From Plasmodiophora brassicae (taxonomy: Eukaryota): DNA of 64,000 nucleotides. Shown piece after piece: positions 51,995 through 62,093 of this stretch; the first letter of the stretch is position 1, and each line of letters starts with the position of its first letter. The notes under the pieces are model-generated. The model worked only from the letters and a program-made list of their open reading frames with translations, did no database searches and was not told where the DNA came from. The stretch is from contig CP145421.1 of assembly GCA_036867785.1 (NCBI GenBank), positions 806,001 through 870,000 of the forward strand. The letters are read 5' to 3'. Made by a program: the position numbers and the translations under genes.

Positions 51995-53170
51995 GACAAC
52001 GCCAGGTCGGGATGGGGGCGGCGCCGATCCGTCCCGCACCCGGCGGCCAGCTCTTGCAGACTGGCCCTTGAAATGTTCGACTACCGACACTCAAGCCATC
52101 GCATGCCAGGTCTCGAATATTCCCGAACACACGCATGCATCTCTCGAATGTTTCGTCTCTGAGACACGCCGATACACGTTTAACCGGGCAGCGGTCCACG
52201 TAATGCAATCGACGTGGTTATTTGTGAACCTGGCCGTAGAGAGCATCGCTGCCCATATCATTTCAAACAACACAACAATCAGCTCTCGAATTCGCGACGA
52301 CGAAACGGCGCGTCTCGATGTGGTGAGTTGCGGGGCCTGCTACTATGATGTTGGGTACGCCAATGTTTATTGGCCATTCTTGACGGCGCCTGCCTGGGAT
52401 GTGCCCGTTCTCTGTCTTGCGAAATGAATTTGCCTTGCCATGATGATATGCAGCCATAACATTGTCCCGTCATCCGTACGCGTCTGCTTCAAGCGAAAGG
52501 TCTGCTGGTCGATCAAAGCAACCATCGATGATGCGGACAACAGACGAGAGAAAGGGCCACCAGCTGCCAAGGCCAGTTTGCATGAAATTATGTCTTTACT
52601 GTTGTAGACAGTGTGTCGATGCAATGACGTCGGGCCGTGAACTTGAGGGTCATCAGCTGGAAAGGACATGCACTGCTTCGTCGGCAACACGACGAGCTTT
52701 CGGATGGAGGCCGGGATCAGTCGATAGGCCCGACACGAAATCGCGGAACCGACGGCGGTCTTGCGGACCTTGCAGGAGACGAAGGCGATGCTGGACGATG
52801 AGACGGAAACAGGTCAGGACGGGGACGGTCCCCGTCCTGGATGGCGTCTTCGTATCGGACAATCGGACGCCACTTCTCTCCCGCTGGGCTTCTACAGGGT
52901 CTGTCAATGAATATGCAAAGATATACGCGTTGCCTTGCGGTCCCAGTCGGCACAGCAAAGAGCTGTCGCCAGACAGTTTAGTCAGAGCGTGCATGGCGCC
53001 TCCAGTGAGTGGTGGAACCTTCCCGGAAGTGATATTTTCGGCGTCGGGCGGCGACCAGTGATCTGGTCGTTTGGGTGTTCAGTGACGAGTCACGACAGTG
53101 TCTGGGTGAGGGCTGCCGACTGGGGCACCCCGCGTGGTGCCGCTTGAAGTCCGTCGGGTGGGCTGGGCCG

Positions 53171-53818
53171 ATGGTGGATCTGAAGTTCAATGGCGCTGTG
53201 ATGAATTTTGAGGACAGCGGCAATGCGTCGCCGCTGGCGGGCAGGTCCAGGCCCGTGCGCGGCATCCTCAAGGTCAGGTCGTCGCCGCGCGGCAAGGCCG
53301 TCAAATTCGACGAGGCCAACCTGGACCTGAATATTCGCGAGCGCCCCGCGGAGCGCATGAAGATTGACGAGCCGAAGACGCCGTTCCATTATCCGAACTC
53401 CGACGACGGTGATGACGACCTGGAGATGATGGACCTTGCCGATAACGAGAACGACGACGAGTGCAAAGTGTAGGGATGCGTTATGAGAACCAGATGGGTC
53501 GCTGTCCTCTGACACATCATCCAGCAGGCCGACGACGAGAGCCACGCCATCGATCATGCAATCTGCGGCGATTCGTATCACCGAATCAGCACTGAATCGG
53601 CGTCATGAGTGGGAGACATCCGAATCGGAGGACGCAGGTCGGTAGGCGCGAGCGCCCGTGCCCGGTCCGGGTGACTGAACGCGCCTGCAGAATCGATGCA
53701 CGTCGCGCCCGACAGAGACCGCGATTTCAGAGCCAGACGCCGCCAGCACTACAACGAGTTCGAGGCCGTCAAGCGCTTCCGGGAGGCTCATGCCAAGGAC
53801 GACGACGATGACGAATGA
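53171..53818 (+). CDS. PPP1R2: Protein phosphatase 1 inhibitor-2 (IPP-2/Glc8 family), multi-exon
   Basis: Contains RGILK, KAVKFDEAN, MKIDEPKTPF and last-exon FRARRRQHYNEF. The start is 53171 or 53201. Confidence 0.88.
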
Positions 53819-54051
53819 CTCTGTTCAGTATCCTAAACGCTAAAATACACGTCGCATTATAACCGGTAAATGTTCCTTTCGCGTGCGCCGACGAGGAGTC
53901 GGACAGCGTGTCGCCTTTTTGGACGACGCCGGACGCCCCCACGTCGTCCGAACAGTGGGCGGGCGGAAGTAAAAGTTTCACGCACGGTGCCCTACGGGAG
54001 TTACGTAGCGCCCCCGTTGGCTCCCGGTTGTCATTTGCGGATCGGTGGGCA

Positions 54052-56313
54052 ATGATGATGCGCTTCGGGTGGTCGGCGCGGCGCTGTGCCGACGCAAGCC
54101 GGCGCCGCCTGTCGATGTCGTCGATCGTGGACCACGAGGTCGACGTCGCCGTTGTCGGGGCCGGCGGGGCGGGCCTGCGGGCCGCGTTCGGTCTCGCCGA
54201 GAAGGGCTTCAACGTCGCGTGCATCTCGAAGCTGTTCCCGACGCGATCGCATACGGTCGCCGCACAGGGTGGTATCAATGCTGCGCTGGGCAACATGTCA
54301 GAAGACGACTGGAGATGGCACGCATGTCAGTTCCCGCCGATCACGTTACTGCCGATGGGCGCGATATCTTGACCATATTATCGTCTGCTGCAGATGACAC
54401 GGTCAAGGGCAGCGACTGGCTGTGCGACCAGGACTCTGTCCACTACATGTGCCGCGAAGCGCCTGCCGCCGTCCTCGAACTCGAATCCTACGGTCTGCCG
54501 TTTTCGCGAACGGAGAAGGGCACGATATACCAACGTGCGTTCGGTGGTCAATCGCTCGATTTCGGTAAAGGCGGACAGGTAATTCTAGTGTCAATCATGC
54601 ATTCGCAAGCACGGTTTGATAACGCGTTCGATGAAGGCGCGGCGTTGCGCGTGTGCCGCGGATCGTACTGGCCACGCCATGCTTCACACGCTCTACGGCA
54701 GGGCTGTCGGTTACAAGACCAAGTTTTTCAACGAGTACTTCGCGACGGACCTTATCATGAACAACGTCAGACGAGTGGATGGCTGCTGATGAACGGCCGC
54801 TGAGGGTGCTTCAGGGAACTTGCGTTGGTGTCATGGCGATGTGCATGGAGGACGGTGTGTTCCATCGATTTAAGGCACACAGCACTGTATTGGCCACTGG
54901 TGGATATGGTCGCGCTTACTTCATGGCGACGTCTGCCCATACTTGCACGGGCGACGGCGGCGGGATGGTCTCGCGGGCGGGCCTTCCTCTCCAGGATCTT
55001 GAGTTTGTCCAGTTCCATCCAACGGTATTTGCTGCATCCACAGTAGCGCTGGGCACGCGATCTGAAGCGATTGTGACACATAGGGCATTTACGGATCTGG
55101 TTGCCTGATTACCGAAGGGTCGCGAGGTGAAGGAGGGTACCTTCGCAATTCCGAGGGCGAGCGTTTCATGGAGCGTTATGCTCCGTCTGCTAAAGACCTT
55201 GCATCTCGAGATGTCGTGTCCCGGTTCGTGCCCAGCACCGTAGACTCTTGCTTCTTACGCACTGATGGTGCCTACTGTCTAGGGCCATGACAATGGAGAT
55301 TCGTGAAGGTCGCGGTGTAGGCCCACTGAAGGACCACATTTACCTGCATCTGGATCACCTTCCACCGGAGATTCTTGCGGAACGTCTGCCGGGCATCAGC
55401 GAAACGGCCGCAATCTTTGCCGGCGTCGATGTAGCAAAGGAGCCCATTCCTGTTCTGCCCACTGTGCACTACAATATGGGTGGCGTCCCTACAAACCACT
55501 TCGGTCAAGTCGTCCACAAGACCAAGGACTCTCCAGACACTGTTGTTCCCGGTTTGTACGCGGCCGGAGAGGCTGCTTGCGCGTCGGTCCATGGAGCCAA
55601 CCGGCTTGGCGCGAACTCCCTACTCGACATTGTCGTGTTCGGGCGCGCTGTCGCGAACCATATCGGCGGCCATCTGAAACCCGGAGCTCCACAGGTATGT
55701 TCGCCCCTGGCAGAATACGTAGCGAGTCGGCTGACATGCATGCAGGCCGAGCTTCCAAAATCAGCGGGCGAAGAATCGGTTGCGTTCTTCGACAAGATAC
55801 GCACGGCGGACGGTGACATGAGCACTGCTGAGATCCGCATGAACATGCAGCGCATCATGCAGGATCATGCCGCCGTGTACAGGACGAGCCAGTCGTTAAA
55901 GGAAGGTTGCGAGAAAATGGCCGACGTCGCCAAGCAGTTGCAACACCTCAAAGTTACGGATCGGTCTCGCGTCTGGAACACGGACGCGATAGAGGCGTTC
56001 GAGCTGCATAACCTCGTATCCCAAGCATCGCAAACTATTGTCAGCGCCGAAAATCGCAAAGAAAGCAGAGGTCGGATGACATCCGCGTGCTATGCTGTGT
56101 CGCCCTGCCCCGATTTGACACGAATCGTTTCGTCCAGGTGCGCACGCCCACGAAGACTATCCGAAACGGGACGATGAGAACTGGATGAAGCACACCCTGT
56201 CGTTCTTTGACTCCGCATCTGGTCAAGTGCGTCTGGATTACCGGCCTGTGCACACAAACACGCTCGATGAGAAGGAGATGCAGACGATCCCACCCAAGGC
56301 ACGTGTCTACTGA
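54052..56313 (+). CDS. SDH1: Succinate dehydrogenase flavoprotein subunit, mitochondrial, multi-exon
   Basis: Arg-rich presequence, [56 protein letters not shown] and PPKARVY*. Confidence 0.97.
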
Positions 56314-56416
56314 TGCGGCCGAAGAATGTCGCATGTATCATTACAACGAGATGACTGCAATACTGCTGGAATTGAGTTGTAACATGTCTCATGTTTATGG
56401 CGACACGTATTCTGGT

Positions 56417-57130
56417 TTAGGCATTGCACTCTGCTATTATGGACATCTCAGTGCACTCTGCTGTGATGGACAACTCAATGAGGCCGTCTTCGCCACTCTC
56501 CTGCTGGCGAGGTTTGTGATCCTTCTCCTTGGCATCTGGGACCACCGCTTCACCAAGTGGCAATATTCTCTGTTCCCAGATTGTGTTGAGCATTTGCGCC
56601 GACCCAACGTACAGGCTTGCGATGCCGGGGCAGATTAGCGACGAGCCTGACAGGTCCGGGTAGCCAATCACAACGGCGACCGTTGACAGCGTAAACGCAA
56701 ATGCGAGCAATACGAAAACAACGAGGATGGCTTTAGGCAGCCTAACAGAACCTGCCGCGAACAGGATCGCGAGACCCGCCCAGCATCCGAACAAGATCGC
56801 CAAGGGTATGGGATCGTGCTCCATATTCCACGCCTTATTGAACAGCTCCAGGATGGAGACGCTGGCGAAGAATATTCCAAATACAGTAATGGCGGCGGCA
56901 AGTAAGCCGCCTGCGCTCCTTAGGATGGTGAACCCATCAACGAGCATGAGGAAACCTCCCAGCATTATCACGGGAAGCAGGGTAAGCGATTCCACGCCCA
57001 GAAGTAGGTGCTGCAGTCCGAGCACCATTGTGCACACGCCCAGCGTCATTAGGCCGACCGATGTCATATTGTCGACCGCTAGCTGACCAGTAGCCGCATT
57101 GGGTGACGTCTTGGCGTCCTTGGACGCCAT
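56417..57130 (-). CDS. GPR1/FUN34/YaaH (SatP-like) acetate/succinate transporter family, divergent, intronless
   Basis: About six hydrophobic helices. NMTSVGL sits at the position of the family NPAPLGL motif, followed by LGGFLML..G, VFGIFF and YVGSAQMLN...ILPLG. Confidence 0.7.
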   Translation of the reverse strand: MASKDAKTSPNAATGQLAVDNMTSVGLMTLGVCTMVLGLQHLLLGVESLTLLPVIMLGGFLMLVDGFTILRSAGGLLAAAITVFGIFFASVSILELFNKAWNMEHDPIPLAILFGCWAGLAILFAAGSVRLPKAILVVFVLLAFAFTLSTVAVVIGYPDLSGSSLICPGIASLYVGSAQMLNTIWEQRILPLGEAVVPDAKEKDHKPRQQESGEDGLIELSITAECTEMSIIAECNA

Positions 57131-57135
57131 ATGCA

Positions 57136-57853
57136 ATGTTCGAGTTGGTGATGGAGTACGAAATAGGACCTCGAGATAGCAATGCGACCGGGCTCAGCAG
57201 CTGCCCCGTCGACCGGGGTGGAAATCTCGACCATGACGTAACTGTCCAGCAGTGTGACTCAACGTTCCGCTGCCGACAGGCCTGAATGACCTAGAGTTGT
57301 TCGTGCGACGCTTCGCTGCGCTCCGGCAACCTTCAGGGCAACCTGACTGCCACGTCAGGGTCGGTTTGGGGATGCCTAAAACCGGTGCCCGCGTCGTGTT
57401 TCTATTTTCGTATCGATTGCCAATCGACTCGTACAGTCTGGGTAGGTGAATGCATCGATGGTGCCGGCGTTGGCGCGGAAGGCCATGGCAAAAGACATGG
57501 CGTGCAACGAACGAACCTACCGAAGCTCCGCCATCCAATGTGTCTCGTTCGTCGTGTTCTGGTAGGCCCGCCCGCCTGCCGACTGAGACAATTGACGACG
57601 ATGCTAACGGAGCGGGGGTGCTCACTGCAGCATCGGTGTACAGCTATACTGTCAACATCGAGATGGCGCATCGTTGCAAGGCTTTCCCTGTAGCCTGACA
57701 GCCAAGTCCTGCTGGCCGGCCCCGTACAAGAGCGCCGCGGCCGCTGGGGTTCGCGCCGCCTCCGAAACCCCGTTTCAGGGCCTGTATCCGAACGGCGTCC
57801 CGGCGACCATTCTCAGCTTGGCATTCCTGACCGTCTTCGCGCTCGTTCTGTAA
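57136..57853 (+). CDS. Hypothetical Cys-rich protein with a hydrophobic C-terminal tail, 4 exons (5' end uncertain)
   Basis: Exons 57136-57237, 57295-57384, 57446-57561 and 57631-57853 are joined by GT-AG introns of 57, 61 and 69 nt and keep one open frame ending ...GVPATILSLAFLTVFALVL*. Confidence 0.5.
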
Positions 57854-57913
57854 ACGCCTGCTGTTCCCTAGGTTAACAACGCTAACGTAGACAGATCCGG
57901 GGTGCGATTTCTG

Positions 57914-59938
57914 TTATTCGCCAGCGACGGATTTGATGAGGAACCGTCGCAACGGGCCGTCCTCGACCCGGTTGGACATGGCCAGAATATCGTCCCGTCT
58001 GGAGCGGATCGTCGCCCGGTCCCGAAGCGCCCGGCGCAGCCTGGATTGCAGGTCGGCACCCAGGAGGAACCTCCTCGCCAGGCTCGTGGATTGCACGTCA
58101 TGCAGGCCGTCGTGCCCGACGATCGCCATGCAGATCGCGTTAGCAGCCGACCGGACGCCATCGTCGCCCGCCCCCGTCACCGCCAGACGCCGAACATGCT
58201 CGACGATCACGCCGGTGCCGTCATCGTCGTCCACCCTGTCCTTCGGCACGCTGTTCCGGCGTCGTCGGGGAGCGCCGCCTTCGACGACGTCCCGGATACA
58301 GTTGCCAGCGCTATCCGCCACGAGGATCCGGTTCGCGTCGAGGACGGCAATGCCACCCGGGAAGTCGATGCCGGTGGCGATCGTGTCCACGACGCCGGTG
58401 GACAGCGTCAGGCGCCGGACCGCGTTGTTCAGGTCGGTGACCAGGACGGCGTCCTTCGTGACGGCCAGGCGCTGCGGGCGATTGAACCGGGCGGACAGCG
58501 CGGGGCCGTCCAGGAAGCCAGCCGTGCCGCTGCCGCAGAAGGCGCGCGCTTCCACGGACGAACTGCGCAGGTCCAGCTCCACGACACGATGCGCATCCTG
58601 AACCACGAAACGGTTACCCGCGGCTACGCGGCGAGCCCCCCGCGCTCGGTGCGCACCTGTTCGACGACGAGCAGGACCCGATGGTGAAGCCAGGCGAGGT
58701 CGGACGGGCGCTGTAGGTTGACGACGTGACGAGGCGCGACGCCGTTTCGCAGGTTCGTGTCAACGACGTGGATGGCGGCGCGATCGGCGATCAGCAGGCG
58801 ATCGGGCCCATCGGCGAGCAATGCCGACGGCTGGTTCAGCCCCGAGGAGACCATCGTCGTTAAGTGGTTCGTGAACAGGTCCAGGACACGAACTGGGTTA
58901 CCGTACGGGTCAGATTGGGAACCGGGACGCTGCGGCACGGGTTACACCTAAGTGGAAGGCGGCATCGGCGATGTAGAGTCGGCGGGAGTCGGGGCAGACC
59001 GCCAGGGCTAGTGGGCAGGCGAGCTGGCCGTCGTTCCTGTCGCCATCGGCATCGCCGAACCCGGCCCGGCCGATCAGCGTGTCGACCTTGCACGCGTCCA
59101 GGTCGACCCGCCTGATCGAATGCGACCCGAACTCGCAGACGTAGACCAGGTGCGCCGACCGGTCGACAACGACGTCCACCGGGCCGTTCAGCCGCGCGTC
59201 GACCAACCGCCCATCGACAACGCGCCCGAATTCATCCGGGGCACCAACGAACACCCGACATGACATCACCGTTGCCGTCGACGCTGCCGGTGGCACGCTC
59301 GGCGCTCGTCGCCGATACTTCCGCCTTGTCGAAAGCTTTCTGCGCCCTTCAGCGTCGTAGGGCGCCTGAGGACGCCCGGTCAGAACAAGAGGTTTCCGTC
59401 GACAAGAAGGGACGTACCCCACGGTAGCGCAACCGGAACAGCATTCGAAGCCATTGCAGGAACTCGAGGTTGTCCTTCGTGCGCCCTAGCGAAGAGCAGT
59501 GGTCAGCAGGAAGGTCGTATGACGCTGGGAGTTGTGGTACCAACCTGCAACGATTTCAGCGATCGGGACATCGCGGTGAATGTCGTGCTTGGCGAGGACT
59601 CGCTGGACGACGCGCATGTTGGCCAGCGCAGCACGTGGGTCGTCGTCGTCGGTGCTGACATGGCGCATGTCGACATCACCGGGGAACAGCGCGTCGAGTA
59701 GCTGGCAGTAGACGGCTCCGGTCCTGCACTGCTCGATCGACGACAGCGATAGGTTCAGGAACCCGTTGACCCAGTCGAGCAGGTCGGAACGCCCGCCGTA
59801 CGCGACCTCGTTCGCGACGCGCTGCTTGCCGACGCTGACCGACCGTCGTCGCGCCCCACGACCTCGCCCAGGAACAGCCGACGCTGACGACGGCCGCGAC
59901 GACGTGATGACCCCCAGATGAACAACCGGCACCGTCAT
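57914..59938 (-). CDS. EB1-type calponin-homology domain fused to NHL repeats, multi-exon
   Basis: CH motifs RSDLLDWVN..LNLSLSSIEQCRTGAVYCQLLDALFPG, DNLEFLQW and YDAEGRR. NHL motifs ARLNGPVDVVVD, LACPLALAV..LYIAD, LNQPSALL, ARFNRPQRLAV and FPGGIAV..ILVADSAGNCIR. Confidence 0.8.
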
Positions 59939-60262
59939 GACGTCGCCACCTGCCGTTTCCCAAACACGGTACCTGGATCGATCTGGACTGGAATACACCT
60001 GGCAGGGTACGCGCACTGTCCCTAACGTGGTGCGCGTCACGTAACGCTATGTAACGCACCTGCTGCGCCCGGTTGCGCGCCCCCAACGCCGCCATGGCCT
60101 TGCTCGATCTATGCCCGTATACCGGGCGGACGACGCTGCTGGTGGATCACGTCGGCGCCTGCCTGCTGCTGTGGAGTCGTCGCCCCCCAGGAATCCGACC
60201 GGTCGCGCCGCGCACGTGTCGAGGGGGCGACCTCGGTGGATCAAGTTGCAGGGGGCGTGCGT

Positions 60263-60286
60263 CCCCCCCCCCCCCCCCCCCCCCCC
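60263..60286. repeat. C24 homopolymer in a divergent intergenic region
   Basis: Read directly from the sequence. Confidence 0.9.
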
Positions 60287-60386
60287 GTCCCACCGAACAG
60301 TCCGACTAAAGCCCGTAACATCAACACGTGGAGAGCTGCGCGGGCGGCGGCGGCGTCACTGTCAGCGCGATATTTCAGTGCGGCGC

Positions 60387-60698
60387 ATGGCGAGCCGGCG
60401 GGAGGTGCTGCAGTTGTACCGGCAGATCCTGAGGAAGGCGCAGCGGTTCCCGAGCGTTGGGCGGGACCGGCTCGTCCAGAGCATCAAAGACGGTGGGTGG
60501 GTGTGGACGGGGTTCGTGCATGGCGCCGGGGGTGACCCACCGTGTGTGTGTGCAGAGTTCCATGAGAACAAGAACGAGGCGGACCCGACGCGGTTGAAGA
60601 ATCAGCTGGCGACGGCCCGGGATGGGCTGGATAAGCTGAACATGTACGAGTCGATGACGTCGGGTAACGCGTCCGACTGGAAGCTGGATCTGAAGTGA
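60387..60698 (+). CDS. LYR-motif (Complex1_LYR) mitochondrial protein, 2 exons
   Basis: MASRREVLQLYRQILRKAQRFP...IKD|EFHENKNEADP, with in-frame intron 60493-60555. Confidence 0.8.
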   Translation: MASRREVLQLYRQILRKAQRFPSVGRDRLVQSIKDGGWVWTGFVHGAGGDPPCVCAEFHENKNEADPTRLKNQLATARDGLDKLNMYESMTSGNASDWKLDLK

Positions 60699-61236
60699 TC
60701 GGCTGTACTTCTCTACACGGGCGTGTTATCCGAACCCGTCGTCCTCATCGTCGGCGGCGCGCCCTAGGGCCTGCCGGCGTAGACATCCAATTCTCAGACG
60801 ACGTGCCTGTTGATGACGTGTTGAGTGCCCCTTAAGACGATGGTTTATGCGTTTTAGTCGAGAAGACGGCAGTCGCTTGCGGCTGTGGTTGTAAGTCATG
60901 GTAACGCGCTGCGACGTTGCTGAGAAATGCGACGAACGGCTTTCGTGTCGTTGCGAATTGATATGGGGTCAATGATGGTCCACACATGTTGGCCAGGTCG
61001 ACTGCGGGTGATGCCTTGCCTGCCCCCCGGCGAACGGATAACTCAATCTGGTCAATCCAGCGAGGGCGCCCGGCGATATCATCGTGATGACACTGATGCT
61101 TGACGACCTTTCGGCATATGCTCCCTGTCAGGGCAATCCATGGCATCGCGGTCGAACGCATCAGGGGGACGTACTGCGATCGTATCCGTAACTTCGCTTC
61201 CACTTTATGACATCTACGTGAAGCAGCTGGGCGACG

Positions 61237-61836
61237 CTAGGCCATCAGGCCCAGTAGAACGGTCACTGCCGGGCCTATCAGTGCCGACAGCCTGGACACT
61301 GAACTGTATGTCAGTGACCGGCTCAGGTGGACCTTGCGGTTCCCAGTGCCGATAGGGTCCTTCGTGCTACGCGGGTTGTCGGGCACGGCCCGTTCATCCT
61401 CGTCGTTCTGCGCCTGGCCCGCGCTCGGCACGGCCCGTTCTTCATCGCCGTTGTGCGCCTCGTCAGCGCGAGGCACAGCCCTTGTGATGGCTTTCGATAC
61501 CAGGGCTTGCAGCGTCTCCGGTCTGGCGACCCTAAGGCCAAGTACGGTCAAAGGTGTGCCCCAGACGGCCACCGTTTTCAGCGTCAGTCCATTGCCATGG
61601 CCATGGATCGGTTCTGGGGCGTCTTCCTCCGCATTCCTCTTCCCGAGGTCGTACAGACCCTTCCCGGCCAGCGCAAGCGCGCCCGTCTTCATCGCCTTGA
61701 CCCGCCACGGGTCGTCCTTGAACGTCGCCCATTGCTTCAACAGTGCCTTCTCGACGGACGATTCCGTCGCCGACACGCTAACAGCAATTCCCAGCACAAC
61801 CACGAGGGTGGCTGTCATCGAAATCGGCCGCGCCAT
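61237..61836 (-). CDS. Secreted or surface protein of unknown function with short internal repeats
   Basis: Signal peptide (TLVVVLGIAVSVSA), three RAVP-containing repeats and a hydrophobic C-terminal tail. Confidence 0.6.
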   Translation of the reverse strand: MARPISMTATLVVVLGIAVSVSATESSVEKALLKQWATFKDDPWRVKAMKTGALALAGKGLYDLGKRNAEEDAPEPIHGHGNGLTLKTVAVWGTPLTVLGLRVARPETLQALVSKAITRAVPRADEAHNGDEERAVPSAGQAQNDEDERAVPDNPRSTKDPIGTGNRKVHLSRSLTYSSVSRLSALIGPAVTVLLGLMA

Positions 61837-62093
61837 ACCAGCCCGGTATCTGTTGTGGTCGTTTGTGCCCATGCCGCGCGCGCTGCTGGAAATAGACGAG
61901 ACCCGAGTCACGCACGTGTCTTGACCTGGGGTCACCTCCTCCTGCTGCTGCTGCTGCTGCCGCCGACCTATGGCCTGAGACGTTGCCGCCCCACTGTGTA
62001 TCGTCGGGGATCATCATGGGGGACCCATGTTCGGGTAGGTACCGTCTGGATCGATTCGTCCTGGGTGGCGGTCTTAGCGCCACACCGGCAGCG

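Noticed and set aside
52080..53061. About 1 kb between the PX-SH3 and inhibitor-2 genes with short ORFs and some splice-like signals (e.g. 52813-52897)
   Set aside because: I could not build a consistent multi-exon model or find a motif. A weak orphan gene cannot be excluded.
60832..61203. 123-aa minus-strand ORF
   Set aside because: Non-ATG start, no motif and no supporting splice structure.
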